Source of the DNA: Promethearchaeota archaeon | GTDB taxonomy: Archaea > Asgardarchaeota > Lokiarchaeia > Sigyniarchaeales > SOKP01 | NCBI GenBank assembly: GCA_019058365.1 | Contig: JAHPZE010000011.1 | Coordinates: 32,001-96,000 of the forward strand | DNA length: 64,000 nt | Reading direction: 5' to 3' | In this document: positions 20,334-30,206 of the stretch, piece after piece | How the letters are laid out: the number at the start of each line of letters is the position of its first letter | How positions within the stretch are numbered: the first letter of the stretch is position 1 | Notes under the pieces: model-generated | Told to the model about the DNA's origin: nothing | Databases searched by the model: none | The model's input: the letters and a program-made list of their open reading frames with translations, nothing else | Made by a program: the position numbers and the translations under genes

Positions 20334-21578
20334 TCATGGAAATAACCGAGCTATATGTCTATCGTAAATGTTTTCGATAATATTTGGAGTTATTATATAT
20401 TCATATTTTTTTAGGACTTCTATATATCGAGATCCCATTTCCCCAGCAATTTTATATCCAATATGCAGAAATTGACGAAAATTTGGATTAAAATCTTTAC
20501 AAGCTTCATCATGTTGTAAAACTTTAGCAAATTCTTCGCCAGTCCAATTGTTAACCAAGCTTGGATGAGGCAATTTATCTTTTTTGATATTTATCACAGT
20601 TCTATAAGGAAGATATAGCTCATCAAACCGAATATAAGCTTTATTATAAATTTCTTTAGCGATTTTCAGACATTCACCTCCAACAATGGCTAAAGTAGCT
20701 ATTTCTTCTAACCATGTAGTTCCAGACGTCTTTAAATGAACTCCAGTGTTAAATTTTTTAATAACATTATTAATAATTTCATAAATTGAGAATTTATCAC
20801 TTCCGGAATGAATGCTTAACTTTAAATTATTTGGCAAAGAGAACTCCTTTATCGAAAACTGAATAATCTCTATTAAATTCTCAAAATTTTTCGCAAACTG
20901 CTGAATGTTTCCCTGATAATCAATTCCCTTATAAAAGCTACCACAAAATCTAGGAGCAAATGTCTGAACGGGGATTTTTTCATCGGCTATAGCAGCTAAT
21001 ATAAAAAGTACTTCTATAGGTGTTTGAGGTTTACTCGATTCATCCATAGAGATTTCAATTATAAAGTTATTCTTACCCTTTTTTTCCTCAATTTTACGAT
21101 AAATCTTCCCAGCTTCTTTTATTGCGAGGAGATATTCTTCAGCAATAGAATATACCTGCTTTTCGTTAACATTTAAAGACTCTTTGATATTTAGAATTGA
21201 TATTTTTCTAATGTATTTTTCATATTTATCAGTAAAAGCTTTTAAGTCATCATTCGACGCTTTTTTTCCTATAAACTCTGCTACATCCAGTGTAAAAAAA
21301 TTACATGAATCAACATACGAATCCACATTAGAAAATCCTATGTGATCAGCATCAATATAATATTTACCCTTCCATTTTAATTCCTTTACGGCCTTTTGAG
21401 CTTCATTTAAAACATCTAGAGGTGTTGTTTTGGTAATTAAATGTTCTCTATGAGATTTGTTCCACACAGCAGCAAGGTCTACACCATTTTCTTCTGCTTT
21501 TATTATTGCTTTTAGTAGAGCTTTCCCTTGGCATCCAAATCGATCCCCTATGCCAATTGAATATTTTTGTAATTTCAT
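20334..21578 (-). CDS. uxaE: Tagaturonate epimerase (UxaE) family protein
   Basis: SIGIGDRFG, DADH, EISMDE, APRF.G.F.KGIDY, SIHSGSDKF, HLKTSGTTWLEE. Confidence 0.82.
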   Translation of the reverse strand: MKLQKYSIGIGDRFGCQGKALLKAIIKAEENGVDLAAVWNKSHREHLITKTTPLDVLNEAQKAVKELKWKGKYYIDADHIGFSNVDSYVDSCNFFTLDVAEFIGKKASNDDLKAFTDKYEKYIRKISILNIKESLNVNEKQVYSIAEEYLLAIKEAGKIYRKIEEKKGKNNFIIEISMDESSKPQTPIEVLFILAAIADEKIPVQTFAPRFCGSFYKGIDYQGNIQQFAKNFENLIEIIQFSIKEFSLPNNLKLSIHSGSDKFSIYEIINNVIKKFNTGVHLKTSGTTWLEEIATLAIVGGECLKIAKEIYNKAYIRFDELYLPYRTVINIKKDKLPHPSLVNNWTGEEFAKVLQHDEACKDFNPNFRQFLHIGYKIAGEMGSRYIEVLKKYEYIITPNIIENIYDRHIARLFP

Positions 21579-21620
21579 ATCAATTTGATAGGTAGTTAAT
21601 TTTTTTAAATGTTTACTCTT

Positions 21621-22259
21621 TCATGTAGTAAGAGCAATTTTACTTAATTTGTGATCTCTTTTTTCTTTTAATCTGTAAGAAAACCTTTCAAGATTTATAA
21701 GAATATTTTTTAAATTATATTTTTCCATTCTTTCTCTAATTGCACAAAATCCAGTACAATTTCCCCAATCAAACGGGGATTCACATTTATAACAAGTTTT
21801 TAAAAAACCATAAACATGATATAAATTTAACGAGGTTAATAAGAAATTTAAAATGATAAAACCAATTAGTAAGTTTGTTTTTCTTGAGTTTGGAAGTTCC
21901 ATTATCCAATAAAATAATAATGCCGCTCCAATCCCAATAATAAATTTCTGTAAAATCTTTAATCTTTTTCCCTTTATTAAATTTAAAGGACTTAGAAAAA
22001 ATGTTGTTAAAAAAATGAGACTTATTATAATAATACTATTAGAAGAAATTATATTGCTAATGTTTAAAATTCTAAATATCATGAATGCCAGAAATGCTGT
22101 AGGATATCCAATGAAACATCCGATACATAATCCTTGGTTTCCACATTTAATTACGTGGTTTTTAAATTTTTCACATTCTGGATGATGACTTAAAAAGAAA
22201 GGTAAAAAACTTTTTCCATATAATATTAATTTTTTCAATTTTCCTCGGTTTTTGCTCAA
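21621..22259 (-). CDS. Membrane protein with His/Cys motifs
   Basis: SHHPEC..H..LCIGC, 4 TM helices, CYKC...C. Confidence 0.65.
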   Translation of the reverse strand: MSKNRGKLKKLILYGKSFLPFFLSHHPECEKFKNHVIKCGNQGLCIGCFIGYPTAFLAFMIFRILNISNIISSNSIIIISLIFLTTFFLSPLNLIKGKRLKILQKFIIGIGAALLFYWIMELPNSRKTNLLIGFIILNFLLTSLNLYHVYGFLKTCYKCESPFDWGNCTGFCAIRERMEKYNLKNILINLERFSYRLKEKRDHKLSKIALTT

Positions 22260-22399
22260 ATTTTTTACTCCCTTTTAAATTAACAGCATCTATTTGCTCT
22301 CTTTTATAATTAAAATTAACTTATTTCATCTTTAATTCTATGTATTTTTTAAGAAAGTCTTTCCGAAAAATAAAGATTAATAAAAATATATATACCTTA

Positions 22400-22834
22400 C
22401 TAGAGATAGTTAAACCAATTAAACCAATTAAACCATTGAAAGAACAAGAAATAAAATAACAGGAAACAAACGAAATCAAATATCCCTAAAACTATTCCTA
22501 TCATTGCTATTGCATTATTCTCATCTCTGCCTATTCCAAGACCACCTAAAATTATTGCAGCTATTCCTAAAACAGGAGCGATATAAAAAGCACCACAAAA
22601 GATACCAATTAATGCGGAAATTACTGCTGCTATTCCATAATTATTATCTCCGCTGGAACTAAATGGTCGTTGATATGGCCGTGTTTGAATTGTCTGAGGC
22701 AGTCTCGTTATCTGTGGTTGCTGTAGAGGCTGTGATTGTGGAATTTCTGTTTCTTTTAGAATCTTTCCGCAATTTGGACATGCATTCCATAATTCTTCTA
22801 CTTCACTACCACAATTTGTACAATACGGACTCAT
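22400..22834 (-). CDS. Zinc-ribbon plus DUF4190-like membrane protein
   Basis: CTNCG...CPNCG, Q/P linker, two Gly-rich TM helices. Confidence 0.72.
   Translation of the reverse strand: MSPYCTNCGSEVEELWNACPNCGKILKETEIPQSQPLQQPQITRLPQTIQTRPYQRPFSSSGDNNYGIAAVISALIGIFCGAFYIAPVLGIAAIILGGLGIGRDENNAIAMIGIVLGIFDFVCFLLFYFLFFQWFNWFNWFNYL
22410..22435. repeat. In-frame 9-bp tandem repeat (TTAAACCAA x ~3) encoding WFN repeats
   Basis: Seen directly; protein ends FQWFNWFNWFNYL. Confidence 0.75.
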
Positions 22835-22943
22835 AATATTCTATTTTTTTGTTATTCTGAATATTAATATCTTGTTTTTTTATAATTAAATATTTAACTT
22901 CAAGAAAAGTTTTTCTAATAGAATGATTTAAAATTTGTATTAT

Positions 22944-24095
22944 TTACATTTCATGTCCTAACTCTAAAGTTTTATCTCTAATTTGAGAATTACTACTAAT
23001 TTTACAATTAGGTGCTATAATTGCTCTCTCTAGGACAACATTATCTCCAATTTCACAATTATTACAAATAATACTTTCTTTTATTAAACAACCCGCACCA
23101 ATTTTAATTTCATCCCAGATGACACTTTTCTCAATTACCGAATCTTCACCTATGGTTACATTATTTCCTATTGATGTTAATTCTTTAATTTTTACTCGGT
23201 TCTCTAACTGGACAAACTCTCCAAAACAAGCGGGTTTTTCAATCATAATGTTTTGTCCAGAGTTTATAATACCCATCACATAAATTCCATCATAATCAAC
23301 ACCGTTAGGTAAAATAGGCCATACATATTTACGTAATAAGTCCCAATTTGCCCATAAATAAGTAGTTGAATTTCCAGCATCCATCCAATAATAATTTTCA
23401 ACAAATCCATATAGATCATATTTATTTTCGAGGAGGTACGGAAAAACTTCGCTTCCAAAATCCATTAATCCTGTTTCATGAAGGATATTTCCAATGTCTT
23501 TACTAAAACAATAAATGCCCGTATTAATTATGTTGGTATGTAAAAAGAGATCTTCTCGTTGAGCCATACTACTTAAGTATAATTCCATGGGTGCTGGTTT
23601 TTCTAAGAAAAGATATATTTTTCGATTTTTATCTAACAATACAACACCATATTGAGAAATATGACTCTCAACAGTTTTCATTGAAATTGTTGCTAGCCCT
23701 CCTTTTTCAGAATGGAATTCCATGAACCGCTTCATGGGGAGATTTGTTACGATGTCTGCCATCGATACGACAAATTTTTCAGAATCGATTCGATCAGTTA
23801 AAAGCCTATACGCATCTGCGGTACCTCTACTCTCTTGAATCTCATATTCTAATTCTACATCTCCTAATCTGTCTGGAGTCCAAGTTTTTTTGATATATTC
23901 TCTCATTTCCTTTCCCTTGTAAGCTAATGCTAGTACAATGTGCTTAATATCTGCGTATACTAAATGTGCAATCGCATAATCAACCATAGGAACATTTGTA
24001 ACTTTTACAAGCGGTTTTGGAATTAAAGATGTCAAAGGCATTAATCGATTACCTTTACCTCCTGCTAAAACTATTGCAGACCATTCACGAGTCAT
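22944..24095 (-). CDS. Sugar-phosphate nucleotidyltransferase (NDP-sugar synthase) with hexapeptide beta-helix
   Basis: LAGGKGNRLMPLT..PKPL, EKP, NTGIY, YWMDAG, C-terminal IG..hexapeptide repeats. Confidence 0.9.
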   Translation of the reverse strand: MTREWSAIVLAGGKGNRLMPLTSLIPKPLVKVTNVPMVDYAIAHLVYADIKHIVLALAYKGKEMREYIKKTWTPDRLGDVELEYEIQESRGTADAYRLLTDRIDSEKFVVSMADIVTNLPMKRFMEFHSEKGGLATISMKTVESHISQYGVVLLDKNRKIYLFLEKPAPMELYLSSMAQREDLFLHTNIINTGIYCFSKDIGNILHETGLMDFGSEVFPYLLENKYDLYGFVENYYWMDAGNSTTYLWANWDLLRKYVWPILPNGVDYDGIYVMGIINSGQNIMIEKPACFGEFVQLENRVKIKELTSIGNNVTIGEDSVIEKSVIWDEIKIGAGCLIKESIICNNCEIGDNVVLERAIIAPNCKISSNSQIRDKTLELGHEM

Positions 24096-24243
24096 ATTAC
24101 TCTAGTTTAAAAATTTATAAAGGAAAAATATGATTTTATCACAAAATTATTCATAATTAATAACATAATCAATAGATTTAAATCTAATTTTATTTGATTT
24201 AAAAAAGTTATTAATTTAGAGTATAAAGAACCATTGTTAATTT

Positions 24244-25521
24244 TTATTTAAGATACTTTTCTAATGATTCTCTGATTTCTTTTGCTGCTATATGAGGTAA
24301 TTTTCTTGCAACTCGCATATCATCAGCTAATTCAGCACCACCAATTACCTCATGAGGAATTATATCCGCAAACAAATGAAAATTAGCATCGTAACCATAT
24401 GGGCAGCTGTTAAACAAAATATTACGATTTTTATCGATTTCAATATCATCTAATGCTTGGAAAATTAATTTTAAACAATGAGCTAAATCTTGAATTTGAT
24501 TACTCTTCAATTGTGAAAATCTTCTTATATGTTCATTTGGATGAAATCGAATATGATAATTTCTCACAGGACTACCTGTAGTGTAAAATGTCCAGAATTC
24601 CGTTTCCAATATGATTCGATCAGAACCACCATGAGTAGTTTCACATAAATGGCATCTATCTCCCATTTCTTTAAAGGCCTCGAGATATCCTTCTAATCTG
24701 CTTCCATGACCATCCATATTTAAATCAATATAAACTTGGCTATGTATTCTTGGTTGAGAACCACCAACTTTAGTACCTATGTTGAAAAAGGGCATAACGG
24801 GAATATCATAATAATCTTTATTAATAGATTCTTCAATACAATATAGAATTGCTGCTTTCATTGAGAGAAAAATACCTGCTAACACATCCTCGGGTATTAA
24901 CTTGAAACATAATGAAGGATAAAAATTACGCGAAATAGTAACTAAATTAATTCCTTCTGATAATTTTATATGTGGAGGTAGGTTTTTCATTATATGCGCT
25001 TCAATATCTCGATCTATAATCCGTGCCATTGAAGGGTATCTATTTATTAGAGTTATTGCTTTACACGTATCTGGAATTCTTTCTATTCGATGTGGAGTTT
25101 CTGAGAAGGGATCATCTCGTTTTAATTCATCTTCAGTTATAATCATTGTAAATCCATCTCCAATAGGCATTCCCCAATCATCATGAGCAATCTTACCTTC
25201 AATTATTGAAGAAAAAACATCCTTAAATTTTGATACTGCTTTCTCTAAGCAATTATAAAATTGTTCTTCCTGTTCATCACTTTTAAATCCTTTTGGTCTT
25301 AAACCTCTAATTGGAGATATATAGGAATAATGACCATAAAATCTCATATGTTCTTTTCGAAGACCAAAAGCTTCTGATGTAATTTTTACTGTAGAAAGAG
25401 GATCCCATCGTTTAACTGGACAATCATATGTTGTTTTATCCTCAAAATTTTCTTTATTTATAATACCCCACTCCATAAACTTGGGGTTGTAATGATCTGG
25501 GTTTTTTTTTTCTTCAGAAAT
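24244..25521 (-). CDS. GalT-like / HIT superfamily nucleotidyltransferase; probable ATT start at 25521 (ORF track start 25476)
   Basis: NRYP, GGSQPRIHSQ, CHLC, FHLFADIIPH...GGAELAD; extension (M)SEEKKNPDHYNPKF after SD GAGGT. Confidence 0.75.
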   Translation of the reverse strand: MSEEKKNPDHYNPKFMEWGIINKENFEDKTTYDCPVKRWDPLSTVKITSEAFGLRKEHMRFYGHYSYISPIRGLRPKGFKSDEQEEQFYNCLEKAVSKFKDVFSSIIEGKIAHDDWGMPIGDGFTMIITEDELKRDDPFSETPHRIERIPDTCKAITLINRYPSMARIIDRDIEAHIMKNLPPHIKLSEGINLVTISRNFYPSLCFKLIPEDVLAGIFLSMKAAILYCIEESINKDYYDIPVMPFFNIGTKVGGSQPRIHSQVYIDLNMDGHGSRLEGYLEAFKEMGDRCHLCETTHGGSDRIILETEFWTFYTTGSPVRNYHIRFHPNEHIRRFSQLKSNQIQDLAHCLKLIFQALDDIEIDKNRNILFNSCPYGYDANFHLFADIIPHEVIGGAELADDMRVARKLPHIAAKEIRESLEKYLK

Positions 25522-25701
25522 TGAAACCTACCTCTTTACTTTTTTCAATTAGATTTTATAAAATATATTTCAATGGTATTTATTTTTTACTTAATTCCAT
25601 AATTATTAGGACACATATAACTAAAAAAAAATAAAAAAAAGAAAAGAGCTTTGTTTAGCTATATTATGTTAAATTTAACAAAGCCATAAATTGAAAAATT
25701 C

Positions 25702-25992
25702 TTAATATTCTAGTTTCTTAATGATCTTATATGTTTTAAATTCTCGAACGGGCTCATCCTTTTCATTTAGACGCTCAACTGGAACTCTAACATAATTTTC
25801 ATCATCAAATTCTTCAATTTCAGCTTCCTTATATTTAGCCATATTATCAGCTAGTTTCAACTCTCTAAGCAAGAAGTCTCTTACAGCTACTCTAATTAGT
25901 TCTGATCTAGAGGGATATAACCCATTTTCACCCACTAATTTTTCAATACTATCAATATACGATTCTGGAATGTTAACAGTAACAATTTTCAT
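25702..25992 (-). CDS. Ribbon-helix-helix (CopG/Arc/MetJ) transcriptional regulator
   Basis: MKIVTVNIP...LV..GLYPSRSELIRVAVRDFL. Confidence 0.88.
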   Translation of the reverse strand: MKIVTVNIPESYIDSIEKLVGENGLYPSRSELIRVAVRDFLLRELKLADNMAKYKEAEIEEFDDENYVRVPVERLNEKDEPVREFKTYKIIKKLEY

Positions 25993-26394
25993 TTTTATAC
26001 ACCTTATAATATCTTAGATATGCCAAATTTAAAAATCGGCAAAATGACTAAAGCTTTTTTTAAACCAAACGCCTTAAACCACAATTTTTTTTATATTGTA
26101 TTGTATTACACATTAATATTTAAATGTTTTTTTTTATCGGATTAATATGTTTTAAGAAAGACTAATTTGTCATGTCTTAAATATTCCAAATATTATATCA
26201 ATGTATTAATTTTTAAAATATTTCTATACTCCTCAGATTTAAAGTCATTTTTGAATTTCATTTTCATATATAAAGGTGGTTAAAAAAATTTTATTTACTT
26301 TCAAATTAATAGAAAAAAACTAAAAAACCAAGCAATTTATTAAACAATTTTTATTTATTTAAATATTCATTAAAATTTCCTCAATTTAAATAAC

Positions 26395-26430
26395 AAAATA
26401 TTTGAACAAATTTTTGTTCAAACATATTTT
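26395..26430. promoter_or_regulatory. Intergenic inverted repeat, possible operator
   Basis: AAAATA-TTTGAACAAA-TT-TTTGTTCAAA-CA-TATTTT. Confidence 0.4.
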
Positions 26431-26696
26431 AAACGAATATTGTAAATATTCTCTTACTTATTCAGGCAATAATAGAAATAAAACATACAGTAATACTTTT
26501 ATCTAACAAAATTTCTTGATAATCCAACTATTTCATAGTTTTTAGAATGTTATGATATTCTTAGCAAAATAAAAGAACGCCTTTAACTTTATTTCAAACA
26601 AATAATCTTAATTCAAATAAATTTTTATATACAATCCATTGATATATTTATAATTGTCTATGAATCAAAATTATTAACTATAAAAAGGGAAAGATA

Positions 26697-28109
26697 TTGT
26701 CAGAACAGAAATTATTTCAAGTTTTCGTTAATAAAATAGAATTTGATCCCGCTGAATACTTAGTATCAAGCAAAGAGCATGAGCTTACTGATTTTCAGAA
26801 AAAAACGATCGAAAGTGCTACTTCTATAATGAAAGAAAATATAATTGGAGAAATTCAATCATTTGGAGGAAATCTCAAAACAAATGAAGAGAAGGTAAAA
26901 GAACTCGAAAATAAGGTTAACGAAGAATTAAAAAACGAGGAATATGAAGATTTAAAGAAAGATTTGAAGAATTACAGTAAATTATTACGGGAAATAATTG
27001 AAAAGACTTGTGTCGTAATAATTCCTGTAAAAGAAATGCCTTGGGTTAATGTATTATTTCGGACAATTCCTCGAATAATTTTTAACAAGAGATTAGAGCT
27101 TTTAGATAATGCAATTGCTTATTACGGTGAAATCAAATGTGTTATTTCACGCCCAACAATCTTTGGAAAAATGAAAGACGAAAAACCATTATTCGCACCA
27201 ATTATGGGACCTATTGATTTAGGGGGGTATAAACTGGATAAATCTCAAACAGATCCTAAATCTCAAATCTACTCTTATATAAGCGCAATAATTAATTCTT
27301 TTGATTCAATAATAACAAAAAACCATCTCGCAAAATATCATGAAGGTTATCAAAGACATGGTGATCCTATTTGTGATTTTTTAATGAAAAATAATGAATT
27401 AATGAATTCAATGGAAAAAGTCACTTCTGGTATCGAATCAAATCGACTTTCATCAGATATTGCTATCTTTAGCATAGCAATCCCTCACACTAATGAAAAG
27501 ACTACTTTATTATTAGTTACAGATGAAGGTAAAGATCCAAGTAAATATTCAAGGTGTTTTGAAGCGCTCTTAAGATTTTCTGCTGAAAGCTGTAATGTCC
27601 CAGCTCAACAACCCCAAACGCCTGGACAAGTAATTCCTCCCTCCCCTGGAGCAGTTAGAACTCCTGGGGGACAAGAACTTAAAACTTGGACAGCTAAAGA
27701 GTTAACAGAAGAAGCAGAAAAAAGAATGTCCTCTCAGCCAGATATTCCTACTTGGACTGAAGATGATTTAACAAAATTCGCAGGTGAGAGAGGAACAGGA
27801 TTACCTGAAGGAATGGAGTTCTGGACTGAGGAAGAATTGCAAGAATTATCAAAAAAGCGACAAGGGGGTTTAGATATACCTGAATGGAAATTAGATGATA
27901 ACATGAGAGAATGTACTAAATGTGGTTATAGTTTAAGACCTGGATGGAGCAGATGTCCTGTTTGCGAGACTCCAGTAGGTGCTAAGCCAGAATCAGAACC
28001 CATTGAGCAGCCCATTCCAGAACTAAGTGAAGATTCAGAAGAACAGCCTGTTGAAAAGACAGAAGAAGATCTTTCACAGGATAATGAGGACGAAAAAGTG
28101 GATCAATAA
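26697..28109 (+). CDS. Hypothetical protein with WTxxEL repeats, zinc ribbon and acidic tail
   Basis: WTAKEL/WTEDDL/WTEEEL; CTKC...CPVC. Confidence 0.7.
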   Translation: MSEQKLFQVFVNKIEFDPAEYLVSSKEHELTDFQKKTIESATSIMKENIIGEIQSFGGNLKTNEEKVKELENKVNEELKNEEYEDLKKDLKNYSKLLREIIEKTCVVIIPVKEMPWVNVLFRTIPRIIFNKRLELLDNAIAYYGEIKCVISRPTIFGKMKDEKPLFAPIMGPIDLGGYKLDKSQTDPKSQIYSYISAIINSFDSIITKNHLAKYHEGYQRHGDPICDFLMKNNELMNSMEKVTSGIESNRLSSDIAIFSIAIPHTNEKTTLLLVTDEGKDPSKYSRCFEALLRFSAESCNVPAQQPQTPGQVIPPSPGAVRTPGGQELKTWTAKELTEEAEKRMSSQPDIPTWTEDDLTKFAGERGTGLPEGMEFWTEEELQELSKKRQGGLDIPEWKLDDNMRECTKCGYSLRPGWSRCPVCETPVGAKPESEPIEQPIPELSEDSEEQPVEKTEEDLSQDNEDEKVDQ

Positions 28110-28274
28110 TATCATTTATACTTTTTTGTTTACTTACTCAATAGCAAAAGATTGATTGCCTTTCATATTTTAAACCAAAAACTTTAAAAGTAATTAGAAT
28201 CAGCAAGATTCCAAACTTTTTTTAAGGTAGTTTTATTTTCAAACTTATAGGAATTAAGAATTCGAGAAATTTAA

Positions 28275-29273
28275 TTGTTACATAACATCTTTTTATTCAA
28301 AGGAAATGAAATTCAAGATTTAGAAGATCTAAATATTTATTGTTATCCTAATGAAATTATTAGTTTTGATAATAAAATTCTTGTTAATAAAATTATAAAA
28401 GAACATAACAATGTAGATGTTATTCAGCAATCACCATCAAATCATTTTAAAATTGATGAGCCTATTGCTCAATTTATCGATGATTTAAACATATATACGT
28501 CCTGTGTTAATAGAAAAATTATAATTGGCTTAATTTTTGATAATGAAGATAACCCTTACGATTATAAGGATATATTTAAGGAATTATTGAACGAATTATT
28601 AAACAATGGCAATGGATATTCCTTTAATGAAGAAATTGAAGTTGAAAATTTATTAATTTCTATATTTATTGATATTCGTAGGTTTTATGATGAGGTTATT
28701 GAAAAACCTCCAGAAATTGAATATTATTATCAAAGGGACGCATTTTTCAAAGTCTTCCTCTTCGGTATTGATGAAGTTGGAAAATCTAGCTTAGTAAGAC
28801 GGTTAAAAACGGGCAAGTTTAACGATAATTTCTTTACTCCAACACGGAAATTCAATATTGAATATATACCTGCAGAAGAAAAAGGATTATTTGCTGTATG
28901 GGACATGCCGGGGCAAAAAACTTTCAGATCAAAATGGTTAAAAGGGCTTCAAGATTCTAACATTATTATTTATATGATTGATATTGCTAATCAAAGAAGA
29001 TTTGAGGAATCTAAAAAAGAGTTTTGGAATGTCATAAATAATAATGAATTAAGAGCAATCCCATTACTATTAGTATGTAATAAAACTGATTTAGTCATAA
29101 ATGCTAGGGAATCGTATAAAAAAGAATTTCACAACTTAAAGAAACAACTTTCAGAATTTTTTAATTTAAATAAAATAAAAGATCGAAGGTGGAAATTCTT
29201 ATTTACTTCAGTAAAAACCAATTATAATATCGATAATATAATTCCAGCGATTTTAACTTTGTTATCTCCCTAG
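28275..29273 (+). CDS. Arf/Rag-like small GTPase with N-terminal extra (longin-like?) domain
   Basis: GIDEVGKSS, PT, WDMPGQ, NKTD, TSVK. Confidence 0.85.
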   Translation: MLHNIFLFKGNEIQDLEDLNIYCYPNEIISFDNKILVNKIIKEHNNVDVIQQSPSNHFKIDEPIAQFIDDLNIYTSCVNRKIIIGLIFDNEDNPYDYKDIFKELLNELLNNGNGYSFNEEIEVENLLISIFIDIRRFYDEVIEKPPEIEYYYQRDAFFKVFLFGIDEVGKSSLVRRLKTGKFNDNFFTPTRKFNIEYIPAEEKGLFAVWDMPGQKTFRSKWLKGLQDSNIIIYMIDIANQRRFEESKKEFWNVINNNELRAIPLLLVCNKTDLVINARESYKKEFHNLKKQLSEFFNLNKIKDRRWKFLFTSVKTNYNIDNIIPAILTLLSP

Positions 29274-29436
29274 ATTGCTAATTAAAAAGCATTATTTGAA
29301 TAAAAAATTCTTAATTCTAATAATTTTAGTGTTTTGATGAAGTAAACATTAAATTTAAATATCTCGCCGTTTAAATTTCTATTATTGAAATAAAAACTTA
29401 ATATTTCTCTTATTAACGGTTAACTCGTGATAAAGC

Positions 29437-30030
29437 ATGTCTAAAAGACTTAAAAAAGAATTACAAATTATGATTGATGAGAAAGTAGGGCAATTATTTT
29501 TTGGTGATAAAAAGAAAGATTTACGTTTACTTATGTTAAGACCTATTGATTTAATTGAATTCTCCGAATTCGCTGGTGCAAATGCAGATGACATACTTAT
29601 TTGGGTAGGGAAAACTCTTGGAAGGGCATATATGGAAAAATTCTTCTACAATAAAGATTGGAGTTCAGAAAATCTAGCAATAAAAAAAGATGTTATTCTT
29701 GGAAACCTTGAAGCGTTAGAACTTATGGGTTATGGAGGAATAACAGGAGTGTTTAAAAAAGATTATGTGTTAATTAAAGTTTCAGATTCACTAGCAAAAG
29801 AAGAATCTGATAACATTATGGCTAAAAATCTTTGTCTACTTTATCAAGGGATTTTTCTAGCATTGTTTGAGACTTTGTTAATTGATGTTAATGGCGAGGA
29901 GATCGAATGTGTTTTACTAGGACATGAAAAATGCGTGTTCAAATTTAATTTTATTGGAAAAGAATTAGATGAAAGCCTTATAGATGAGGAATCCGAAGAA
30001 ACAGTTTCAGAATTTTTATCTACCCTTTAA
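29437..30030 (+). CDS. V4R domain protein
   Basis: GK..G, LELMGYG, LC..YQG, EIECVLLGHEKCVF. Confidence 0.82.
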   Translation: MSKRLKKELQIMIDEKVGQLFFGDKKKDLRLLMLRPIDLIEFSEFAGANADDILIWVGKTLGRAYMEKFFYNKDWSSENLAIKKDVILGNLEALELMGYGGITGVFKKDYVLIKVSDSLAKEESDNIMAKNLCLLYQGIFLALFETLLIDVNGEEIECVLLGHEKCVFKFNFIGKELDESLIDEESEETVSEFLSTL

Positions 30031-30206
30031 AGTATAATTCTCTCTATTTTTTAAATTATACAACATTGAGTGAAATTTCACACTTTTTTCAATTAATATA
30101 GATTAGATTTTGAGTTTTGGAATATAATAATTAAAATAAAATCTAATATAACTCTAATTATAATTAAATATTAAAAAATCAAACTATAAATAATGTGAAT
30201 TGAAAT

